54,689 nucleotides of DNA from a bacterium (lineage in GTDB: Bacteria; Zhuqueibacterota; Zhuqueibacteria; JANLFK01; Oleimicrobiaceae), in contig JBBIKH010000005.1 of the NCBI GenBank assembly GCA_037445575.1, positions 1 to 54,689 of the forward strand, given 5' to 3'. The notes under the pieces are model-generated. The model did not search any database and was not told the origin of the DNA. It worked only from the letters and a program-made list of their open reading frames with translations. The position numbers and the translations under genes were made by a program. Shown one piece after another: positions 34,390 through 41,529 of this stretch. Numbering within the stretch: position 1 is the first letter of the stretch; each line of letters opens with the position of its first letter.

Positions 34390-36246
34390 ATGAAAACAAT
34401 TTTTATAATCATGAACGTAATTTGTTTTAGCATTACTTTCGCTAGTAGCTCTTATCATCAATCAAAAAATCAACCTCCTTCAGAAGTAAATAGAATAGAA
34501 ATAGAAAGGTTAAACCCTTTTGAAGGTTATCCTAAAACGGATACTATTTCGGTCAATTCTTTAAGGAAAACATCAGTTACTAACAAATCCGAGGGACAAA
34601 ATAAAAATGGACTAGAAACACAAAAAATATACCATGTTGAAGGTCATGCTGAAATAGATTCTGCAGCGTTCATTTCGTTAAAGAAAACACCAGTTATTGA
34701 TATATCTGAAGGACAAACTAAAGCTAAAGAAGAAACACAAAAAGTATACCATGTTGAAGGTCATGCTGAAATAGATTCTGCAGCGATTAATTCTTTGATG
34801 AAAAAATTAGATATAAACAAAATTGAAGGATATACTGAAGACAAAAAAGAAATGCAAAAGGTATTATATATTGAAGGTCAGTTGGAAGAGGAGGATTCAA
34901 GCAAACAAAAAAAAACAATAGACACAAATATAAAAAATTCAAATTTGAACACTGAAACCTATACGATTTACAGTGCAGGCTGGGATTCGGAGACGGATAT
35001 AGACGGGGATGGCTACACACGATACAGAAAGTTATATTTTGATGTGGACGTAAGCTCGGGGACACACACAGTATATGCCAAGATATATTACAAGCTATAC
35101 ACGTCAAGCAGTTATTCACTTTATCTTACCACCAATGACTTTACCATTACCGAGAATTCTTCCAGTGATGAATATTGGATTGCGGTGGGTGCTCCTAATC
35201 CAGAGCTATCTCATAATATTTATGATTTTGAAATTAGGGTATACAAATCAGGTAGCAGTACTGTACAGGCTACGAGGGGTCCGTCCGAAGATAGTGATTT
35301 GAATGATGAAAATTTTGAGACTACTTCAGAGGATGGCGGGGGTAGTAAAAAGCATAATTGTCTGTACGTTGTTAGCACAGCGGATCAAAATATAATTTCT
35401 ATTTTAAATGAATTGCAATTTCATGTTTCGACTTCTAATTCTATCCCTGCAGATTTAACTTCCTACGATTTGGTGATTTGCAGGGAATACTCAGCCTGTA
35501 CGCCAACCACTGCAACTTATGTTGGCAATTTTGTTAAGAATGGAGGTGGCGCCATTTTGATGCGAGGCACGCCTTCTACATTTGGTGGCGGGGGCTATAG
35601 CTGCAGCAATATTGCTGACTGGTTTGGAACGGGACAATATAGCAATGTGGGGGTGAGTGATGCCAGAGTTGTCATTGATTATCCGCTGGGAACCTCTCTG
35701 GTCAGCAATGATGTGATTGACCACTGCAGCGGATGGGGCGGCGCTGCTGTTAAGAATGTTGCAGCGGATGTAACCGTACTGGCAATGTGGGACTATGGCG
35801 ATGGCAATATCCACAGTTTCATCCGGTCGCATCAGAATGGTCGGGTGGCATTTTGGGCAGGCGATGTTTCTTATAACGAGAAAAACCGGGAACTGTTCAC
35901 AGCTCTATGTCGATGGGTCGCAAATGCAACCACCCTCATCGAGAACCAGAAATTGACCACGCTTCCAGAAGGCTACCACTTGTTTCAAAATTATCCCAAT
36001 CCTTTCAACCCGAACACCACCATCAGCTATGCCCTGCCCCAGCCAGCCCACGTACAAGTAGAGATTTTCGATGTGAACGGACAAGAGGTCAAGCGGCTGG
36101 TGGATCAAGTGTGCAGCGCCGGGGTTCACTCGGTGGTGTGGAATGGAACCGATGAGGCGCAGCGGAAGGTCCCGAGCGGGATTTACATCTGCCGTTTGAG
36201 CGCCGGGGAAGTGGTCTTGCAGCGGAAGTTGATATTGACAAAGTAA
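34390..36246 (+). CDS. secreted repeat protein with T9SS type-A C-terminal sorting domain (unknown function)
   Basis: AAGGAG RBS 8 nt upstream. Signal peptide MKTIFIIMNVICFSITFASS. Three 39-aa tandem repeats, a DIDGDGY-containing beta-rich region and a central alpha/beta-like region. CTD FQNYPNPFNPNTTISYALP...SGIYICRLSAGEVVLQRKLILTK. Confidence 0.8.
   Translation: MKTIFIIMNVICFSITFASSSYHQSKNQPPSEVNRIEIERLNPFEGYPKTDTISVNSLRKTSVTNKSEGQNKNGLETQKIYHVEGHAEIDSAAFISLKKTPVIDISEGQTKAKEETQKVYHVEGHAEIDSAAINSLMKKLDINKIEGYTEDKKEMQKVLYIEGQLEEEDSSKQKKTIDTNIKNSNLNTETYTIYSAGWDSETDIDGDGYTRYRKLYFDVDVSSGTHTVYAKIYYKLYTSSSYSLYLTTNDFTITENSSSDEYWIAVGAPNPELSHNIYDFEIRVYKSGSSTVQATRGPSEDSDLNDENFETTSEDGGGSKKHNCLYVVSTADQNIISILNELQFHVSTSNSIPADLTSYDLVICREYSACTPTTATYVGNFVKNGGGAILMRGTPSTFGGGGYSCSNIADWFGTGQYSNVGVSDARVVIDYPLGTSLVSNDVIDHCSGWGGAAVKNVAADVTVLAMWDYGDGNIHSFIRSHQNGRVAFWAGDVSYNEKNRELFTALCRWVANATTLIENQKLTTLPEGYHLFQNYPNPFNPNTTISYALPQPAHVQVEIFDVNGQEVKRLVDQVCSAGVHSVVWNGTDEAQRKVPSGIYICRLSAGEVVLQRKLILTK
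34558..34908 (+). repeat. 3 x 117-nt in-frame tandem repeat inside the cargo gene
   Basis: Units at 34558-34674, 34675-34791 and 34792-34908. A 39-nt core (taccatgttgaaggtcatgctgaaatagattctgcagcg) is identical at 34630-34668 and 34747-34785. The third unit is diverged. Confidence 0.9.
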
Positions 36247-36258
36247 AGGTACAGTAAA

Positions 36259-36305
36259 ATGATTGACCGCCACCACCCGCATATCGAGTGATGGCGGTCA
36301 ATCAT
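36259..36305. repeat. 14-bp perfect inverted repeat (hairpin) 13 nt after the cargo stop codon; possible bidirectional terminator
   Basis: ATGATTGACCGCCA-(19 nt)-TGGCGGTCAATCAT. There is no T-run on the plus side; TTTAC follows on the minus side. Confidence 0.4.
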
Positions 36306-36874
36306 GCTGTTGAAGCGACCGCAAAATCCAATCTGCTTACAATACCTACTTTCCATACCGCAATCTTCCGTCAAACAGCAAACCAAGCCAATGTTCTGTC
36401 CGTCGGATTCGTTACGGCGACAATGCGGTTTGCTGACACTCGAACATGGCCCAAATAGCTGTTGCCATCCGCCGGGAAGATTTACAAAACAATTATTGAC
36501 CCTGCTTTGACAACGTCGGATCTTGAGCAACCTTGTAAGCCTCAGTCCTTGTGAGGCTCTTAGCCAAAAGAACCACAACGGCAAAAACGGATTGCACGCT
36601 AAAGAACATCTTCGCTTAGCTTCACTCCGCTCGCAAAGACCATTCCCCAAAAGGGGCTGTTAGAGTGGACTGTCAGCTGTAACCCAAAAACCATTATCAC
36701 GTCATTTGGTGGTGGATCGTGGCGAAACATTGCATGGGCTCGCAAAGACATGGCGTTCATTGGCTGGTTATTCAACGGGTCGTGGCAGCGCGGCAAGGGA
36801 TGATGTCGGCCCGACACGGACAACGGTAGGGCCCTGACCAAGCTACGACCCCAGCATGTGCCTGGCATCCCCGT

Positions 36875-37130
36875 CATTTCTCGGGCGTTCCGGCCACCGC
36901 CAGGTGATCGCTCAGGCCCGGCAAAGACCACCCCCAGCCAGGACTCGTCGACTGCCAGCGCAAGGGCATGACTCGCTGCCAGCTCCCCAAGTTCGCCATG
37001 CCCCAGGTCGCTCCCTTGCTCCTGCCTCTACCCCCCGTGATCATCGACCACATTCCCCTGAGCCCACGCCAACTCCTCCAGCAAAACGACACCCCTCACC
37101 GCGGAAAGCTCTTGGCCCGCCACGCCAAGG
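36875..37130. repeat. right copy of the diverged ~260-nt direct repeat bracketing the low-GC insert
   Basis: See 29049-29310. This copy starts about 30 nt beyond the terminator of the TonB-dependent receptor gene. Confidence 0.6.
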
Positions 37131-37161
37131 CGGGGCATGGCCGACAGCCACGCCGAAGACG

Positions 37162-37190
37162 CAAAAGGGCTGACCTGTGGGGGTCAGCCC
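37162..37190 (-). terminator. rho-independent terminator of the 37215-39911 receptor gene
   Basis: Minus strand reads GGGCTGACC-cccaca-GGTCAGCCC-TTTTG, 25 nt after the stop codon. Confidence 0.65.
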
Positions 37191-37214
37191 TCTGTACCGC
37201 CAGGTTTTCGACGC

Positions 37215-39911
37215 CTACCGGTAGTTGATAATCAAGCCCACATTGAACGTGCGCGGCAGGCCGAAATAGACCTCAGCATCGTCTGCGTCGTGATCTTTGT
37301 CCCAGGCGTTGTAGGAGCTGTTGTCGGTCGCGTCCTGAATGTACTCCTTGTCCAGCACGTTGAATACATGCGCGAACAGCTGCAGTCCCACACCGGCAAA
37401 CCGGAACGGGAGGTCATACGTGACGTGGAGGTCCAGAACGCCGTAGTCGGGTGCGCGCCAGCTCTGCTTCCGGTCATAGGGGTTGGTCCTGCTCAAGGGA
37501 TCCCAGTCGGCGTAGTGGCGCATGTAGTGCCGATACACACCCTGTGCCATCAGCCCGCGCACGGGGAAAAGCGACCCTACCAGAGCAAATTGCGTCTGGG
37601 GAGCGTCACCCACCTTCAGGCCTTTGACGTAAAAGTTATACTGCACATCCTGGGCGCCGCCCGTTGCATAGTCCTTGTAGACTCCGGAGACGTCGTTCAA
37701 ATACTTCCAGTCGCCAACAGAGGCCGAGGCATCGAGACGGAACAAGTTGAGCGGCTGGAAGGAGCTTTCCAGCTCCACGCCTTTATGGCGCAAGTCGATG
37801 CCCTGGATGAAGATGATCCCCTCTGTGCCATCAGGATTGGTGGTCTCTCGCGGCACCGAGCGATCCATCCATGTGGTGTAGTAGACGTTCCCCCTCAGCA
37901 CGAACCTGCCGTCCATCCCGACATAGTTGAGGCCGGCCTCGACCGACGTGAACTTTTCGTTCTTGGGGTCCTTCGCCTTTGTCCCGGTGCGGTCGTTGAT
38001 CACGTTGTCAAAGATTGGCACCTTCTCCACGTATCCGGCATTGGCAAAGGCGTCCAACTGGCGCGTCAACCGATAGCTCGCGCCACCTTTCGCCTGATAA
38101 CCGGAGATCCAGCCGGTGTTCGCCTTGAGTTCTCCTCCAGTAGCGGGGTCCTTGCGGAAGTGGTTGGTGTAGGAGTACTTGATCGTCGAGTAGCCACCCA
38201 TGCCATAGGCGGTCACTGGCCCGCGTGCGTACTCACCTTGCCCGAAGAAGCCCACCCAGTCCACGGTGTTGGTAAAGTCGTAGTCGATCTTGTCGCCGAG
38301 TTTGCGCTGCTTTTCGGCATCCGTCCAAAAGTCAGAGTGGGCAGCGTAGAAGTACTCGCCACCGAGCAGGTCGCGAACCTCGCGGTAGTGCTTGATCTCC
38401 GCTGTGCGCCAGTCAACGCCCGCCGTCAACTTGACCGGTCCGCTGAGCTGGTAGGTGGCCTTGGAGATCGCGCCTATGGTCCACTGGGTGTTCACGCTGT
38501 TGCGCAGGATGCCCTTTGAGCCGGTGGTGCTTGCCTTGTTGTTGGCAATGGTGGCATCCCAGTCAGGGGTGCGGGTCGGCGTGGTATAGTTCCATTTGAT
38601 GGAACCATAGGTGCCGGTCCCTCCCCCTTTGCCACCTGAGTAATACAGCGTGGTCAGCAGCCCAAACTTGTCGGTCAGCTGGGAATACCAGTTCAGGTTA
38701 ACTAGCGGCTTGTGGTAGTAGTTTTCGCGCTCGTTGATAAAGTTCGGGTTGTACCGCTCATGCGTCTTGCCATTCCAGAACTGGAGGCCGGTGTACGTAG
38801 GGCTCACGGGTCCCCACGTCTGGTTGTACTTTCGGCCCTGCTTGGCCTCGAAGTACTTGGTCAATGCCGCCTGGTCGTAGTCGCTCAACTTCTTGCCAAA
38901 GTCGGCACTGTAGACGCCTATGTTCTGCCGGTAGGCGTTTTGGCCATGCTTTTGGGGTGCGCCGAGGGCATACAGCTCGAGTCGATTGTTGGGGTTGATC
39001 TGCCAGCTGGCGCCAAAATAGTAGGCCCACGCATCTGTCCAGGTCTTGTCAACAACCCCGTCGCCCACCTTGCGCACCACGCCCGCGCTGAACGCATACT
39101 TGCCAGCGATGAGGCCGCTATTGGCGATCAGCGTGGACTTTAAGAAGCCGTCATTTCCCACTTCCTGTTTGAACTTTACCCCGAACTCACTGGCGGTGGG
39201 ATCGGTAATGATGTTCATCGTGCCGCCGATGGAGGGCGTAGCTAGGTTGACGGCGCTCAGACCACGCTGCACCTGGATGGAGGAGGTGGCGTCGGCAACC
39301 CCGTCCCAGTTGGACCAATACAGCCATGCGTTCTCCATGTCGTTGACCGGCACACCGTTAATCATGATGGCGACGTTGCGCTGGTTGAAGCCGCGCACGT
39401 TCACCCTGGCGTCACCGGCACCGCCACCCTGCATGGTGGCGTAGACGCTGGGAGTGGTATTGAGCACCAAAGGGATGTCCTGCGACCCCAGACGCGCTTC
39501 CATCTCCTCCTTGCGGACGTCGGTAAATGCCACCGGCGTTTCGCGAATCTTGGCGCGGTCCGCCAGCACCATGATAGTGGCGCCGGAAATCACCTCTGGT
39601 TCCAACCCAATCTCTATGCGCGAAGTCTGGTTGAGCTGAACTGTCACCGGGACAACCGTTGGGCGATAGCCGATGTAGCTGACCTTAAGCTGATGCGTGC
39701 CCACAGGTGCTTTCGGAACCACAAACTCGCCGGCTAAATTGGTCGCCGCCCCGATGGTGGTCCCCAGCACCACCACATTGGCCGCCGGTAGTGGCGCGCC
39801 AGTGTGGGCGTCTGTCACTTTGCCTGTCACCCTGCCGCTCTGCGCCCATGCCAGGATTGGCATGAAGGCAACCACAAACAGAGCGACACATGCAACCACG
39901 CGTCTGCTCAT
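37215..39911 (-). CDS. TonB-dependent receptor with N-terminal carboxypeptidase-regulatory-like domain
   Basis: Signal peptide MSRRVVACVALFVVAFMPILAWAQ (ATG 39911, GGAGGGAG RBS). GRVTGKVTDAHTGAPLPAANVVV CarboxypepD_reg-like domain, plug domain (VNVRGFNQRNVAIMINGVPVND) and a long beta-barrel. Confidence 0.9.
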   Translation of the reverse strand: MSRRVVACVALFVVAFMPILAWAQSGRVTGKVTDAHTGAPLPAANVVVLGTTIGAATNLAGEFVVPKAPVGTHQLKVSYIGYRPTVVPVTVQLNQTSRIEIGLEPEVISGATIMVLADRAKIRETPVAFTDVRKEEMEARLGSQDIPLVLNTTPSVYATMQGGGAGDARVNVRGFNQRNVAIMINGVPVNDMENAWLYWSNWDGVADATSSIQVQRGLSAVNLATPSIGGTMNIITDPTASEFGVKFKQEVGNDGFLKSTLIANSGLIAGKYAFSAGVVRKVGDGVVDKTWTDAWAYYFGASWQINPNNRLELYALGAPQKHGQNAYRQNIGVYSADFGKKLSDYDQAALTKYFEAKQGRKYNQTWGPVSPTYTGLQFWNGKTHERYNPNFINERENYYHKPLVNLNWYSQLTDKFGLLTTLYYSGGKGGGTGTYGSIKWNYTTPTRTPDWDATIANNKASTTGSKGILRNSVNTQWTIGAISKATYQLSGPVKLTAGVDWRTAEIKHYREVRDLLGGEYFYAAHSDFWTDAEKQRKLGDKIDYDFTNTVDWVGFFGQGEYARGPVTAYGMGGYSTIKYSYTNHFRKDPATGGELKANTGWISGYQAKGGASYRLTRQLDAFANAGYVEKVPIFDNVINDRTGTKAKDPKNEKFTSVEAGLNYVGMDGRFVLRGNVYYTTWMDRSVPRETTNPDGTEGIIFIQGIDLRHKGVELESSFQPLNLFRLDASASVGDWKYLNDVSGVYKDYATGGAQDVQYNFYVKGLKVGDAPQTQFALVGSLFPVRGLMAQGVYRHYMRHYADWDPLSRTNPYDRKQSWRAPDYGVLDLHVTYDLPFRFAGVGLQLFAHVFNVLDKEYIQDATDNSSYNAWDKDHDADDAEVYFGLPRTFNVGLIINYR

Positions 39912-40239
39912 ACGCTCCCTCCAAAGTTGGTTCATCCGCGCCAGCTGCCTCCTGATCCACCCCGGCCCAATTGTATCACTTCCCCGCTCAGAGGCTCGTA
40001 CATGCTGGACCGGCGCCCGTTGCGTCGGCCCCGCGCCTCTGCTTGGGTCAGGCGAAGCCCGCCTCCTCATGCGGTTGCGCGCTGCAGCCTGCGCTCCTCT
40101 TGCGCTCCGTCCCGACCCCCGCTGTTGTCAAAGAACAGAGCCGCGGTGGCACCATACCCTCGGCGCCGGCGCATTTCCCAGTCCACAAGGGGGACCATCG
40201 CCCCCTCGCTCACGACAAGGCCCTTCCAGAACCGCTGCA

Positions 40240-40268
40240 AATATACCGTTTCTCCATGAAGAAGTCAA
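40240..40268 (-). promoter_or_regulatory. sigma70 promoter TTGACT-N17-TATATT, ~320 nt upstream of the receptor start codon
   Basis: Minus strand reads cgcTTGACTtcttcatggagaaacggTATATTtgcagc. Confidence 0.55.
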
Positions 40269-40364
40269 GCGGAAATGTCCGTAGATGTAGACGCCAGGCG
40301 AGAAAAACGTTCAAGATATAGGAGATTGTCCTCCAGGCTCACCTCGGCTCCGCCAGAGGAGGGG

Positions 40365-41519
40365 CTAGGGCTGTTCAACCGGAAGGTCCGACTCCGAGAC
40401 CGAGAAACGATATCGTCGGAGGCAATGGCCTCCTGACTCTGCCACGTAGACCACATTGTCGGCGGACACACAGAGCCCCCTGGGCAGAGCTAACAGCTCC
40501 TGCCCCAGCCCCGTCTTGCCCAGCCCAGCCGGATGGCCGGCCTTGCTCCCCCGGTTGAAGAACTTGTAGACCCTGCCCGCCTGGGTATCGGCCACAAAGA
40601 TCGCACCGTCCGGGTCCAAGGCGACGTCATATGGGCCGGCAAAGCGATTGAGATCCATAATGGGATGTTGATACAGCGTGTACGCTGAGCTGTAGAAATC
40701 CCCCTGCTTCTTCAACTTTTGCACCAGAAAGTTACCGCCCAGCTGTGCGAAATAGATGTTGCCTTCGTTATCCACAGTGAGGCCACGCGGGTTGTCAACA
40801 GTCCCCGCACCGGAGCCGTAGGTTGCCACCTCGCCGTCGTAGACCCCCTTGAACGTGGGATGAACTCGCCCGTTGCGTAACCGGGCGCGGCCGCTCACCA
40901 CGATGCGCAGGCGGAGAATGCGGTTGTTGCCTTTGTCGGTCAAGAAGACCGTATTCGCGGAGCTCGGTCCAAAGGCGACGCCCTGAAAACTCGTCTTCCG
41001 TCCTTCGTCCACATAGAAAGGATGCACCCCAAGGAGCGAGTCGATGCGCGCGCGATCGCCACTGAATGGACCGGAGCCGACGGCAAGCGAATCCACGCCC
41101 TCTCTATTCAGGTACTGATTCCACACCCAAACCACCTTGCCGCCGTTGACGATGAGCAGGTTGAGTTTGCCATCGATGTCCAGAGCAAGTGGGCCCGTAA
41201 CCGGGGCTATGCGGTCCAACCCATCTTCCCGCGCCAGGCGGCCGGCGGCAGTGACCACGAACACGCGGTCATTGGCGCTATCGGCGACAAAGATGTAGCC
41301 GTCCTCGCCAATGGCTACGTCGGTGGGGACCATCGGCTCGCTTGCCAAATAGTCCAAGGCGGCCGCATCCCACACTGGGCTCACCGGAATGTAGGAGGTG
41401 TCGCTGGCCCCAAACGAGCTGGCAACCGAGGTCACGGCCGGCAGGGGCATTTTGCGCCCGCACCCGGCTGCGACCAGCAGCGCCATGAGACCAACACCAA
41501 GCAGGTAGCGCGGCTTCAC
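40365..41519 (-). CDS. NHL-repeat beta-propeller lipoprotein
   Basis: GTG 41519 (GAGGAAGG RBS, 10 nt after the upstream stop) gives VKPRYLLGVGLMALLVAAGC, which contains a lipobox. NHL-like blades YIFVADSANDRVFVV, VFLTDKGNNRILRL, IFVADTQAGRVYKF, VVYVAESGGHCLRRY. Confidence 0.75.
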   Translation of the reverse strand: MKPRYLLGVGLMALLVAAGCGRKMPLPAVTSVASSFGASDTSYIPVSPVWDAAALDYLASEPMVPTDVAIGEDGYIFVADSANDRVFVVTAAGRLAREDGLDRIAPVTGPLALDIDGKLNLLIVNGGKVVWVWNQYLNREGVDSLAVGSGPFSGDRARIDSLLGVHPFYVDEGRKTSFQGVAFGPSSANTVFLTDKGNNRILRLRIVVSGRARLRNGRVHPTFKGVYDGEVATYGSGAGTVDNPRGLTVDNEGNIYFAQLGGNFLVQKLKKQGDFYSSAYTLYQHPIMDLNRFAGPYDVALDPDGAIFVADTQAGRVYKFFNRGSKAGHPAGLGKTGLGQELLALPRGLCVSADNVVYVAESGGHCLRRYRFSVSESDLPVEQP

Positions 41520-41529
41520 GGACCCTTCC

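Larger units (their letters stand above)
29455..36700 (+). other. compositionally foreign genomic island (three plus-strand genes; no integrase or transposase seen)
   Basis: Direct GC counts on 60-nt lines. Flank 28981-29040 = 39/60. Kinase lines = 24-29/60. Spacer 33901-33960 = 11/60. Cargo 34441-34500 = 19/60, rising to 33/60 at 36061-36120. Strand polarity is opposite to all neighbours. Confidence 0.7.

Noticed and set aside
36183-36931. Short ORFs 36183-36650 (-), 36304-36510 (+) and 36599-36931 (-) at the right end of the island.
   Set aside because: They are Cys/Arg/Trp-rich improbable translations that mutually overlap, with no RBS or motifs. The region is treated as non-coding or decayed.
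39912-40239. Cobalamin or TPP riboswitch in the receptor leader.
   Set aside because: I looked for the B12-box (GCCACTG / AGYCMGGNGACCTGCC-like) and the THI-box (CTGAGA...ACCTGATCTGGATAATGCCAGCG-like) on the transcribed strand and found no convincing match. The region is left as an unclassified long leader.
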